IMG/VR virus record: IMGVR_UViG_3300028559_000054
Span: 1 to 52,391 of that record
Source: a virus
Lineage: Duplodnaviria > Caudoviricetes
DNA length: 52,391 nucleotides
Strand: one strand, 5' to 3'
The notes under the pieces are model-generated. The model was not told the DNA's origin, searched no databases, and worked only from the letters and a program-made list of their open reading frames with translations. Positions 36,482-46,242 of this stretch are shown here, in pieces. Position numbers and translations under genes: made by a program. Positions within the stretch are counted from its first letter, which is position 1. Every line of letters starts with the position of its first letter.

Positions 36482-37362
36482 TGTAATATTTCTTCTTTAT
36501 TCATCTCTCCAAAATCTTTTTTTGTTGGTAGGGCTATTAGTAATTGTTTTTTATCAAAATATCTTGTTAATTTACTATAGATCTTTTCTGCCCCAATATT
36601 ACCAGCATTATTTTTATTTGAATCATTGTTGAGACTAATATAAATATTCTTAACGTCAATCTTTAAAAGATAATTTAAAATACCTAAACTAAGATTTACC
36701 CCAAATGTAACTAGAATATTTTTAACTCCAGATTGATATAGGCTTAACATGTCACCGATACTTTCAACAAGAATTACTTCTCTTTGAGCTTCTATTGTCT
36801 CTGCGTTTAAAAATAATGGATAAACAAAATCATTCTTTTCTCCTAAATGTTTCCATTTAATTTTTGATAAATTTGTGACATCTCTACCAGAAAATCCTAC
36901 TAAGTCTTTTTTGTAATTAAAAATTGGAAAAACATATCTATTTTTCATTTTGCCAGTTTTAGCTAAACCACCTTTAAATTCTTCAAGAATATTTTGGCTT
37001 ACCCCTCTGTTAAGCCAATAATTTTGATTATTTTCTAATTTAGAAAGAATTTCTATGTCAAATTTTTTTGTGGCTTTTAATAATGGTTTTTCTATGTCGT
37101 TAGACTTATGAATAATAAAATTTTTAAGCCATTCTTTAGCTTTTTCTGGATTATCTAATTTTAAAGTCATGCCAACTAGTAAACTAAAGTCTCCACTTAT
37201 ATTTTCTTTGAAATCAAACCAATGACCCGTATCTTTATAAATTTTTAAAACAGTGTCATTATCACTATCTCTATAAAGAGGTCTAGTTCTATATTCTTTA
37301 CCGAAATCTTTTAATTTATATCCTAAATCTGTTAGGACTTGATAAACATTTACTTGATCCAT
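36463..37362 (-). CDS. dnaG: DNA primase (DnaG-like, TOPRIM)
   Basis: RYVFPI...GFSGR, KW, LVESIGD, KDFGE motifs. Confidence 0.88.
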   Translation of the reverse strand: MDQVNVYQVLTDLGYKLKDFGKEYRTRPLYRDSDNDTVLKIYKDTGHWFDFKENISGDFSLLVGMTLKLDNPEKAKEWLKNFIIHKSNDIEKPLLKATKKFDIEILSKLENNQNYWLNRGVSQNILEEFKGGLAKTGKMKNRYVFPIFNYKKDLVGFSGRDVTNLSKIKWKHLGEKNDFVYPLFLNAETIEAQREVILVESIGDMLSLYQSGVKNILVTFGVNLSLGILNYLLKIDVKNIYISLNNDSNKNNAGNIGAEKIYSKLTRYFDKKQLLIALPTKKDFGEMNKEEILQWKNNL

Positions 37363-38006
37363 TCTAATGCCTCGCTTATTACAGGGAACTCTTTAATAAA
37401 AATCTTCTTACATTTTTCTGCAATAAGTCTATGTTCTTTTTGAGTATTTTGCTCTGTTCTTAATTCGATGTAATGAATCCAGCTTCTAAGTGAGCCTTTC
37501 ATGTACATTGTAGTTTGAGTTGTTAAAGGTAAAATCATTCTTGCTACTTCTTTGGCGATTCCATTTTCTATCATTGTATCGTAACAATGCTGCGAAAGCG
37601 ATAAAGACTCCACGAGAACCTCACTAACTTTATCGTATGCATCTGTATTAGTTGGCATAAGATTTTCACCTACTTGCCTATTCTTGTCTCCTTGTAAGCG
37701 AAGCTCGATATCTTCAAACTCATTTGCAAGACTATATCTTTGACTAAACTCTTGAAAACTAAATGATCTATGCCTTAAAATTTGAGCAGCGATTCCACGA
37801 CTAGTTTTAATTTCAACACACATATCAACAAGTTCAAATGGACTCCAATGCTTGTGTTTAATTAAGAATTTTAAAAGTTTTGGAGCGGTTTCAACATTCA
37901 TTTGATTTGACGGGTTGCTAACTCTGGCGCAAAATGCTACCAAATCTTCCGCATTTTTAATTCCTTTAATTTCTGGTTTTGTAGTTGATATTAAATCTAC
38001 ATTCAT
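37350..38006 (-). CDS. thyX: flavin-dependent thymidylate synthase
   Basis: HWSPFE and RHRSFSFQEFSQRY signature. Confidence 0.97.
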   Translation of the reverse strand: MNVDLISTTKPEIKGIKNAEDLVAFCARVSNPSNQMNVETAPKLLKFLIKHKHWSPFELVDMCVEIKTSRGIAAQILRHRSFSFQEFSQRYSLANEFEDIELRLQGDKNRQVGENLMPTNTDAYDKVSEVLVESLSLSQHCYDTMIENGIAKEVARMILPLTTQTTMYMKGSLRSWIHYIELRTEQNTQKEHRLIAEKCKKIFIKEFPVISEALEWIK

Positions 38007-39487
38007 AATAATTCTCCATCATTTGGATTTGCATCGTTTAATTGATGCTGTTCTCTTTGATGTTGGGCTACATCTACAAGAGATCCTCTTTCTTCTATAT
38101 TGAAATTCGCAACTTGATAATTTAAATAATTTTGAGCCCAAGTTTCTTTGCCAGTTGAATCTAATCTGCGAACTAGATCTTGATGCCCAGCTGCATCTTT
38201 ACCTTGGAATCTAGTTTTTGTAGGGATTAATTTATGAGTTCCAAAAGATTGACCATCTAAAGTAATTTCATCTAAAGTTTTTCTTCTAAAGATTGCGACA
38301 AAAGAAGCGAACCATTGTAATCTATCGGAAAGAGAGATTACTGAGCTATCATCCACTACCTCTGAACCTTTTCTATTAAAACTTTCGCCAGTTCTATTTA
38401 ATTGCATGGCAGTAACAATTGGACAATGAATTTCTTCAGAAATTCTTTTAAGCTTATCAATTTTATCTCCAATAGCTTGATGCTCTGCCCAATTTTGACC
38501 AACTTTTTCTCCAGTTAATTTTATATAATCATAAGCAATCATAGCTTGATTTCCTCTACCGACTTTTGAAAGATACCATCTACGGATGATAGAGCAAATT
38601 TGATCTATATTTTTATTACCAACATGATAATGAAAATATTCATATTTTTTTACATTACCCCAAGCTTCTCTTACTTTTTTTGTCATTTCTTCATTTTTTC
38701 GCCAGTTGCCAGTTTCAAGATACCAAACTGGTACTCCGCTCAAAGAGGCAACCATTCTTAATTGAATATCTATAGTTTGCATCTCAGTATCTAGAATCAA
38801 GGTCTTCGTTTTGTTCCTTGGGTTAATTGCGGTTTTAAAGCAGATGTCATTGAGCCAAGTTGTTTTTCCTTGGCCAGGTCTACTAGCGATAGCATAAATA
38901 TTGCCATTTTTTAAACCACCATACATTCTATTAAATTCTGAATATGGCGTAACAAGTCCAGTTTCATCTTTGGGTGAGTTGCCTCTTTCTTCGATAAGAT
39001 CTTCTACGCCTTCAAAGATATTAATTGGTATATCGTTTTCAGAATAAGATGATATTTTTTTATTATATATCCCATCTATCTTGCCGATAATCTCATCTAA
39101 TGAATCTTCTGCATTTTTAGTGACATATTCCTTAAGGTTATCTGCTGTTTGGCAAAGCTCTCTTCTGACCCTAAATTTAATTAACTCTTTACAAGCAGTC
39201 ATCGTAGCTTCTTCTGTTATCTGAGAAAAAGTTAAATTGTCTATATAATCAAAAATATTAATTTCGTCTTTAAAAGATATGCCCAAATTCTTTATCTTTT
39301 CTGCTAATAAAACTTTATCTACATTTTCGCCCTTATATTTAATATTCTTAAATACAGAATAAATAGTAGAATGAACGTCATTAAAGAAGTCATTTTCTGA
39401 TAAAAATACATCAATATCCGCAAACAAATCTTGATATTTTAATAAACCGCTAAGGACATGTCGCTCTACTTGTAGGGAGTAAATCAT
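38003..39487 (-). CDS. dnaB: replicative DNA helicase
   Basis: SRPGQGKT Walker A, DTEM, DYIK, QLNR, KTR. Confidence 0.95.
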   Translation of the reverse strand: MIYSLQVERHVLSGLLKYQDLFADIDVFLSENDFFNDVHSTIYSVFKNIKYKGENVDKVLLAEKIKNLGISFKDEINIFDYIDNLTFSQITEEATMTACKELIKFRVRRELCQTADNLKEYVTKNAEDSLDEIIGKIDGIYNKKISSYSENDIPINIFEGVEDLIEERGNSPKDETGLVTPYSEFNRMYGGLKNGNIYAIASRPGQGKTTWLNDICFKTAINPRNKTKTLILDTEMQTIDIQLRMVASLSGVPVWYLETGNWRKNEEMTKKVREAWGNVKKYEYFHYHVGNKNIDQICSIIRRWYLSKVGRGNQAMIAYDYIKLTGEKVGQNWAEHQAIGDKIDKLKRISEEIHCPIVTAMQLNRTGESFNRKGSEVVDDSSVISLSDRLQWFASFVAIFRRKTLDEITLDGQSFGTHKLIPTKTRFQGKDAAGHQDLVRRLDSTGKETWAQNYLNYQVANFNIEERGSLVDVAQHQREQHQLNDANPNDGELL

Positions 39488-39494
39488 TCAATAC

Positions 39495-39523
39495 ATGATA
39501 CCAAACTAAAAATTAAAAGTCAA
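39495..39523 (-). promoter_or_regulatory. sigma70-type promoter with extended -10
   Basis: TTGACT-17-TATCAT with TGG before the -10, 7 nt before the ATG. Confidence 0.8.
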
Positions 39524-39526
39524 GTT

Positions 39527-39799
39527 TTAACTATCCTCGTCATTATCTTCTTCGTCTTGTTTTTCATTATTTCTATTAATTAAATCTGTAGTAGCTTCAA
39601 AATTTAATTGATCAACACTTTGACCCCATGTATTTAAATAATATAAAAGAGCCATAGCATTTATTTGATTATCAAATTTTGTATATACTTGAGGATCGCC
39701 TTTAGCGGAGAAATTAAATAAAATATACCCACCATAACTGCACTCGTCAATCTGTTTTAACAAAGACTCTGGAAAATTAAATTTTTTCTTATTAGTCAC
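39527..39799 (-). CDS. small acidic hypothetical protein
   Basis: 90 aa, GTG start, acidic tail. Confidence 0.65.
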   Translation of the reverse strand: MTNKKKFNFPESLLKQIDECSYGGYILFNFSAKGDPQVYTKFDNQINAMALLYYLNTWGQSVDQLNFEATTDLINRNNEKQDEEDNDEDS

Positions 39800-39808
39800 T
39801 ATAAACTT

Positions 39809-39814
39809 TTACAC
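39809..39814 (-). promoter_or_regulatory. GTGTAA motif
   Basis: TAAGTGTAA 9 nt before the GTG start at 39799. Confidence 0.5.
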
Positions 39815-40234
39815 TTAAATAATGAGTACTCCACACTTTTTTTCTATATATTGTGGTGATAAATTTTTTAAGTCGCTTTCGTATACTTCTAAGAATTTAA
39901 AATTATTCAATTTAATCCATTTTTCTTTTTTAACGTCTCTTTTTATACTTTCAAGATACTTTAATCTAGAATGATCATGAAAAAATTCATTAAATGATTC
40001 GTGTTGATTGCCTTGAATCTCTACCGCTATCTTTTTTGTTGCATTTAATATATCAATTTTAAGCATACTCCCATATACTGGAAACTCTTCATAAACAATA
40101 TGATTTTTCCAATATGGGTAAAAAAATTGTTTAAATTTAAATTGTAACTTACTTCTGCTTTTACCTTGCCAATTGATTAAGTATTTTCTTACATTTTTAT
40201 TAACGAGTTTCTCGTTAACATTTAATAGTCTCAT
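39815..40234 (-). CDS. Vsr/DUF559-like endonuclease
   Basis: EFPV...ID...IAVEIQGNQH...RD..K pattern. Confidence 0.8.
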   Translation of the reverse strand: MRLLNVNEKLVNKNVRKYLINWQGKSRSKLQFKFKQFFYPYWKNHIVYEEFPVYGSMLKIDILNATKKIAVEIQGNQHESFNEFFHDHSRLKYLESIKRDVKKEKWIKLNNFKFLEVYESDLKNLSPQYIEKKCGVLII

Positions 40235-41376
40235 GACGTGAGAGTATTAGTGAATTTATTATAAAAATAATCTACAATTGGTTTATTTTCTTCTAGATAA
40301 GTTCTTAGGTTGTCAATACCTTGATGCTGTTTCTTCAGTTCTAAATTAGCATTTTTAAGTTCTTCTACAGCCTCATCTGAGAAAGTGACCCAAGCACCTT
40401 TTGCAGTTGCAAATTCCCAACAAAGAATTTGATCAATAACCTCATATTCTCTCCATACGGAAGAACCATCTTTCCTGCCATATTTAATTGGGTATTGAAC
40501 CTTTGAATTTGTAGTTTCATTGGTAGATTTTTTAATAGTAATCTTAACGTTATGACCAATGATTTTATTTTTGATTTGGTCATATCTTTCATTTGGTTTT
40601 TCCAATATAAGATCCTTACCAAATTTTGGTTCAAATTCGAGAATCCAATTAGCAAAATGTAAAAGTGCATTGCCGCCAGTTGCTGTAGTTTGCCTGATAT
40701 CTTTATTAGCAGCGTATGGATCTAATTTAATATCAGAACGTACTTGACTTATAAATATAGCCATATGTCCACGTTTGGAAAGAGCTAATGATATTCTTTT
40801 CATAAGCATCGAAGAGATAACTGCACCGCCTGCAACTTTTGTTGCTTCTGTCATGCTTTTAAGACTGTCTCCTTTGGTCATCAAACCGTCAACAGAGTCC
40901 AGTACGAACATATACTTTTTAGCCTCGTCATTATTTTGAATTAGATCTTTCATAAGTTCAGAAACTGTTTCAAAAATATTGCATTCAAAAACAAAACATG
41001 TGCCATCTTCCCATTCCTCTGCAGAAGTTACAAACTTTATTCCAGATCTCTCTTTGATCTCTTTGCTTAATCTTCCTTCGGCTTTAAATAATAATGCTTT
41101 GGAATCTTTTACAGTGTTAAGAAAATTTTTCATTACCTCTAATGCTTCTGAGGTTTTGCCACCCTCATTCATTCCAATAAACCTATGTAATCCTGGGCAT
41201 AGTCCTCCGCTGGTTGCGATATCTAAATTCAGACTACCAGTAGATACTTTATAGTAAACCTCTTCTTCATAATTATAATGATCGTCTTTATTCTCTTTTA
41301 AAAAAGAAGATAATCTATTTTTTGCGCTAGGCCCAGTATCTTGTACTGGTTCTTGTTCTTTAGGTTTTCTTCCCAT
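40231..41376 (-). CDS. recA: RecA/UvsX-like recombinase
   Basis: STGSLNLD, GMNEGGKT, VLDSV, ISQVR, GGNAL. Confidence 0.93.
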   Translation of the reverse strand: MGRKPKEQEPVQDTGPSAKNRLSSFLKENKDDHYNYEEEVYYKVSTGSLNLDIATSGGLCPGLHRFIGMNEGGKTSEALEVMKNFLNTVKDSKALLFKAEGRLSKEIKERSGIKFVTSAEEWEDGTCFVFECNIFETVSELMKDLIQNNDEAKKYMFVLDSVDGLMTKGDSLKSMTEATKVAGGAVISSMLMKRISLALSKRGHMAIFISQVRSDIKLDPYAANKDIRQTTATGGNALLHFANWILEFEPKFGKDLILEKPNERYDQIKNKIIGHNVKITIKKSTNETTNSKVQYPIKYGRKDGSSVWREYEVIDQILCWEFATAKGAWVTFSDEAVEELKNANLELKKQHQGIDNLRTYLEENKPIVDYFYNKFTNTLTS

Positions 41377-41701
41377 ATCTTATAAAGTCTAACAGGGTTT
41401 TAGGTTTTTTGCAAACCTTTTTATCTTCTTCTACTTTGTTTTCTTCTAAAACTATAGTCTCTTTATTTAAATTTAAATTAAAACTTTCATATTCTTTTAA
41501 TATAAAAGCTTTACCTTCTGATTTTAGAAACCAAGCTAATGAAGGCGGTGGGCTTCCTAACTCTTTAAGGTTATCCCAAAAACTAAAGCTATTAAATCTT
41601 TTAACTAATTTTTGTGCTATTTTAATCTCTCTTGGCCAATTTACTTGACCTTTAATATATTTTTTTATAATTAATTGACACAGTTTATGGCTCGTCATCA
41701 T
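41360..41701 (-). CDS. hypothetical protein (start may be 41698)
   Basis: 113 aa basic ORF after a promoter, overlapping the recA start. Confidence 0.65.
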   Translation of the reverse strand: MMTSHKLCQLIIKKYIKGQVNWPREIKIAQKLVKRFNSFSFWDNLKELGSPPPSLAWFLKSEGKAFILKEYESFNLNLNKETIVLEENKVEEDKKVCKKPKTLLDFIRYGKKT

Positions 41702-41704
41702 ATT

Positions 41705-41733
41705 ATGATATCTAAATAATATGTTTTAGTCAA
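41705..41733 (-). promoter_or_regulatory. sigma70-type promoter
   Basis: TTGACT-17-TATCAT, 6 nt before ATG 41698. Confidence 0.8.
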
Positions 41734-42810
41734 TGCTTTTCGCTTTATTAATTGCAGATCCAATAATTTGATGCATGTCATAATACTTGTATTCAGCTAA
41801 TCTACCCCCAAAAATTAAATTACTAGAAGTATCAAGCTTTTTATATTTTTTAAATATTTCATTATTTTTATCATTATTAATTGGATAGTACGGAATTTTA
41901 TTTTTATCCCAAACGTCTGGATATTCTTTAGTTATATAAGTATAATCTTGCTCTCCAAATTCAAAATGCTTGTGCTCTATAATCCTAGTGAATGGAGTAT
42001 TTTCATCTGTAAAATTCATTTGGGCTATTCCTTGATAATCTTTTTTATTATGCTTTTCAATTTCAAACCTCAGAGATCTATATTCTAATTCTCCATATTT
42101 ATAATCATAGAATTCATCAATTTTACCAGTAAAAACTAAAGTCTTGGCTTTATTATTCCAATAGTCTCTTCTTTTGAAATAATCTTCGTTTGTTAATACG
42201 TCTATGCCTTCAATCATATTTTCTATCATTTGTGTATATCCACCAATAGGTATGCCTTGGTATTTGTCAAAATAATAATTATCATCGTAATTTAATCTGA
42301 TAGGTAATCTTTTTATAATAAAGGTTGGCAAATTTTTTGGTTCTGTTCCCCATTGTTTCTTTGTATATCCATATATAAAAGTATAATATATTTCTTCTCC
42401 AACTTGAGATAAAATCCATTCTTCTAGATTTTTAGGATTTTGTATTTTAACTTTAACTTGATTAAGTTTAGTTTCTGCTTCTATAGGAGAATTGACCCCC
42501 CAGAGTTGATACATCGTGAGAAGGTTAATGGGGAATGAATAGATCCTATTTTTAAAATTTACTTTAGGCCGATTTATAAAAGTATTAAATTTAGCGAATT
42601 TATTTACATAGTTCCAAATTTCTTCATTATTCGTATGAAAAATATGAGGCCCATATTTATGGACGTTTATATTTTCTTTATTTTCTGTATAACAATTTCC
42701 AGCAATATGGTCTCTGGAGTCTATGATTAAACATTTTTTATTTTTTTTTTTGCTTGATTGGCGAATGTTGCGCCAAAAAGACCGCAACCAACAATTAAAT
42801 AATCATACAT
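41726..42810 (-). CDS. glf: UDP-galactopyranose mutase, frameshifted at an A11 tract
   Basis: HIAGNCY, HKYGPHIFHT, YQGIP, GRLAEYKYYDMH; the FAD-binding start MYDYLIVGCGLFG is in another frame from 42810. Confidence 0.93.
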
Positions 42811-43942
42811 TTTTTATATCATTCTTAACCATTTTTTCAACTAATTTATCAAATGAAATTTTTGGTTTCCATCCTAATTCTTCTCTAGCTTTTGTAGAGT
42901 CTCCAAGCAATAATTCTACTTCTGCTGGTCTATAAAATTTTGGGTTAATTTGAACTAAAATTTTGTCATCATTTGATATATACATTAAGTGTTTATTTTC
43001 ACCAACCCAATTACCTTTAATTCCAGCTATATTAAAAGATTTTTCTACGAACTCTTTAATTGCATGAGTTTCATCTGATGAAAACACATATTCTTTCGGT
43101 GTTCCATCGTAATTTTTATTATAAATATCTTGATTGAGCATCATCCAAACTCCTTCTATAAAGTCTTCTGAATCACTCCAATCTCTTTTAGCTTCCATAT
43201 TTCCTAATTCCAAAGGAACAAATTCTTCATTATTTTTTAATGCATAATAAATTCTAGCGACATTTTTAGTAATTTTTCTTGTTACAAATTCTTCACCTCG
43301 TCTTGTTCCTTCGTGGTTAAATAACCATCCTTGAATTGCATAAAGATTATAAGAATCGCGATAAACTTTAATAAGTTGCCTTGATGCGGCTTTACTTGCA
43401 CCATAAGGACTTCTTGGCCTTAACGGATGTTTTTCATCTTGGGGAGCATAAAGAACATTACCGAACTCTTCGCTGGATCCAGCTTGATATAATCTACAAT
43501 TTGGTTTATATAGTCTAATTGCTTCTAAAATATCTAATACCGAGGTAGAATTTGTCGCCCAAGTTTGCCTAGCGAAATCCCAACTGCTTGCTACAAAACT
43601 TTGTGCAGCAAAATTAATAAAATAATCTGGTTGAAGTTTTTCTACTGTTCTAGCTATTGCATGAGAATCAGTTAAATCAAAATTAATTAAATGGAACCTA
43701 TCAGAATTAATATGCTTAATGTTCTTATGATTATATACACTAAGTCTTCTTACTCCACCAAATATTAAAAGATCACTATTTTTTAATAAGAAATCAGCCA
43801 TATGGCTTCCATCTTGACCAGTAACACCAGTAATAATTACAGTTTTTCTTCTTTTTATTATCTTTGCTGCATCTTCAATATTTAAAATATTAGCGGTATC
43901 TATCTTTTTGCCGTAATATGTTTCTTTGAAATTCTGATTCAT
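42803..43942 (-). CDS. gmd: GDP-mannose 4,6-dehydratase
   Basis: ITGVTGQDGS, AAQSFV, YQAGSSEEFG, SPYGASK, FNHE, FVTRKI, RPAEV. Confidence 0.95.
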   Translation of the reverse strand: MNQNFKETYYGKKIDTANILNIEDAAKIIKRRKTVIITGVTGQDGSHMADFLLKNSDLLIFGGVRRLSVYNHKNIKHINSDRFHLINFDLTDSHAIARTVEKLQPDYFINFAAQSFVASSWDFARQTWATNSTSVLDILEAIRLYKPNCRLYQAGSSEEFGNVLYAPQDEKHPLRPRSPYGASKAASRQLIKVYRDSYNLYAIQGWLFNHEGTRRGEEFVTRKITKNVARIYYALKNNEEFVPLELGNMEAKRDWSDSEDFIEGVWMMLNQDIYNKNYDGTPKEYVFSSDETHAIKEFVEKSFNIAGIKGNWVGENKHLMYISNDDKILVQINPKFYRPAEVELLLGDSTKAREELGWKPKISFDKLVEKMVKNDIKNV

Positions 43943-43947
43943 TCTAT

Positions 43948-43976
43948 ATGATATATGATCTAAAGGTAGAATTCAA
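43948..43976 (-). promoter_or_regulatory. sigma70-type promoter
   Basis: TTGAAT-17-TATCAT, 5 nt before the ATG. Confidence 0.65.
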
Positions 43977-43988
43977 TTATTTTAAAAT

Positions 43989-44984
43989 TTATTTTTTCCA
44001 AAAACTATACATATTTTTATTTATTTCATAAATCATATTATCGACAGTTCTTGGCCTTAATGTTAGATAAAATTTAAACATTTCTTTTATTAAAACTTCT
44101 AAATTCGTATTATCTTCAAACTTTAACAAATCTTTCGCTTTATCATGATTACAATAAGCATGAACAACTTCTTTTCTTTTTTCTAAAAAAATTATTTTAG
44201 ATTTATTAAATCCAAATTCTTCGCCAACTTTTAAAACTAATTCTGCAGCATCTTTAATTTTTACTGTATCATCAGAACCAATATTGAATATCTCATTATC
44301 AAAATTATACAATAATTTTTCTATTGGTTCGCATAAAAATTTACAATCCGAGAAAGCTCTTGTTTGTAAACCGTCTCCAAAAATTGTAATGTCTTCGCCT
44401 TGAGAGCATTGCCTAATCCATATAGCAATTGCATTTCTATATTTATCCCAATAGTTTTGATATTTAGACACTACATTATGTGGAAGTATGATTGAATATT
44501 TTAAAGCAAAATGTTCACTAGCTTCCTTCAAGTCCATTTCTACGGCTAATTTAGCGATACCATATGGATCTTTTGGATTTCTTAAATCAATTTCTTTAAA
44601 GGGGGGGTTACCTTCTCCATAAGTCGCAAAACTAGAAAAGTTAATTATTTTTTTAATATTATAATTAATACAAGCGTTTATTATATTTATTGATCCAATT
44701 AAATTATTCTGATAGTTGTAATTTCTTATGAATGGACTTAGTATTTCCGCTGCATAAGCAGCGCAATGTATAACAAAGTCTGGTTTTTCTATTTCAAAAA
44801 TTTTATTTATTTCTTGCAGATTACAAATATCATTTACATAAAGCTTCATGTCTTTTGATACATTTTCTACAAAACCTCCAGATAAATTATCAATTCCAAT
44901 TACTTGATACCCTTTTTCTAAAAAATATCTTGAAAGAACGCTCCCTATCATTCCTGCTGCGCCAGTTATTATTATTTTTTTCAT
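43989..44984 (-). CDS. NAD-dependent sugar epimerase/dehydratase
   Basis: TGAAGMIG, YGIAK (YxxxK), GDGLQTRAF. Confidence 0.92.
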   Translation of the reverse strand: MKKIIITGAAGMIGSVLSRYFLEKGYQVIGIDNLSGGFVENVSKDMKLYVNDICNLQEINKIFEIEKPDFVIHCAAYAAEILSPFIRNYNYQNNLIGSINIINACINYNIKKIINFSSFATYGEGNPPFKEIDLRNPKDPYGIAKLAVEMDLKEASEHFALKYSIILPHNVVSKYQNYWDKYRNAIAIWIRQCSQGEDITIFGDGLQTRAFSDCKFLCEPIEKLLYNFDNEIFNIGSDDTVKIKDAAELVLKVGEEFGFNKSKIIFLEKRKEVVHAYCNHDKAKDLLKFEDNTNLEVLIKEMFKFYLTLRPRTVDNMIYEINKNMYSFWKK

Positions 44985-45520
44985 TTAGCTATTATTGCCA
45001 ATACGTCATCAGATCTTCCTTTTTGATTTCTTAAATCGTATATTTGAAGATTTGGATTCAAATTAGAAAATATAAATTTAGTTTTATCGATATCTACTAT
45101 GTCTTCTATAAAATAAATGCCTTGCTCTTTTAATCTTGGAAAAAGAATATTAAATGAAACAATTTGGTGTTCTAATAAATGAGAGCCGTCATCTATTATA
45201 AAATCAAACTTTTCATCTTTTAAAATGTTATCTAGTTTAGTTTTATTCGTAGCGTCTGTTTGATAAACTTGAAATCCGTCTGGTTTAAATATAAGATTTG
45301 AAATATTTATATCTAAACCAATAATCTTAGAGTTGATAAAAAAATCTTTCCATAGCATAAGAGAATATCCTTTAGAAACCCCTATCTCTAATAAGCTTAT
45401 ATTTTCTCTTCGAGAATTAAAAACTTTTTCGTATATTTCTAGATACGAGTGAGCCGTGCCCTTATCCCCATCTCCATCTGGAGTTTTATAATTTTGATAT
45501 ATTTCTTTGAGCGTTTTCAC
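44981..45520 (-). CDS. class I SAM-dependent methyltransferase (sugar O-methyltransferase-like)
   Basis: LLEIGV..G.SL..W, IIGLD, FIIDDGSH, YFIED. Confidence 0.85.
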   Translation of the reverse strand: MKTLKEIYQNYKTPDGDGDKGTAHSYLEIYEKVFNSRRENISLLEIGVSKGYSLMLWKDFFINSKIIGLDINISNLIFKPDGFQVYQTDATNKTKLDNILKDEKFDFIIDDGSHLLEHQIVSFNILFPRLKEQGIYFIEDIVDIDKTKFIFSNLNPNLQIYDLRNQKGRSDDVLAIIAK

Positions 45521-45532
45521 TTTGTTTTATTA

Positions 45533-46228
45533 TTAATTAAATCCATGAAACCCAAATGTTTTAGAGGTATCTTTATATGGATTAAATTCATTATGTTCTT
45601 CAACAGAAAATTGTGCAGCAAGTTCTACTGGAGCAATTTTTAATCCATTAATATTGAGATTATGTTTTTCATATAAAGAAATTATACAATCTTCTGGTCT
45701 CTCTGGATATTTATCAGAAAATTGTTGAGTAAAATTGCAAAGTTTTTTACTGCGGAAAGAAAAACCACCATTTCCTACTCTATAATTATGAATATCATAA
45801 TTTTCTAATTTAGGCACGTTTGTTTTAAATGGCAAACCAAAAAAATCTTTATTTCTAGATAAATTGTTTAAGAGGTTATTAACTAAATGTAACGGCCATG
45901 GCGCACCAATATAATCATATTTAAAAAATTCATCTGACCATTTATTTGGATTAGAAACAAATCCATCATCTTGAGTTAATAAAACGTATTCTGTATCAAA
46001 GTAATTTGTTAAATCTTTTAAAATAAATTCATTATAATCGTTCCATGACATTTGATTTATATAATTAATGTTAATATTTTTTGTTGATTTAGCTTTTGAA
46101 TCTGCAGTAATAAATACTACTTTTGCGTATTCAATATTATTCATAGAAGCTTCAATAGATTTAAAAGATGCCTCACTTTGACCTCTCCCGTCTACGCATA
46201 TTAAAGTAGTATTTTTTAATCTTATCAT
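45533..46228 (-). CDS. DUF5672-like glycosyltransferase-related protein
   Basis: QDDGF...YDYIGAPW...VGNGGFSFRS...PED...FGFH. Confidence 0.8.
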   Translation of the reverse strand: MIRLKNTTLICVDGRGQSEASFKSIEASMNNIEYAKVVFITADSKAKSTKNININYINQMSWNDYNEFILKDLTNYFDTEYVLLTQDDGFVSNPNKWSDEFFKYDYIGAPWPLHLVNNLLNNLSRNKDFFGLPFKTNVPKLENYDIHNYRVGNGGFSFRSKKLCNFTQQFSDKYPERPEDCIISLYEKHNLNINGLKIAPVELAAQFSVEEHNEFNPYKDTSKTFGFHGFN

Positions 46229-46242
46229 GTCTTTTGTTTTTA

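Noticed and set aside
42752-42787. ORF-track N-terminus MRSFWRNIRQSS for glf
   Set aside because: Wrong frame; the FAD-binding N-terminus starts at 42810
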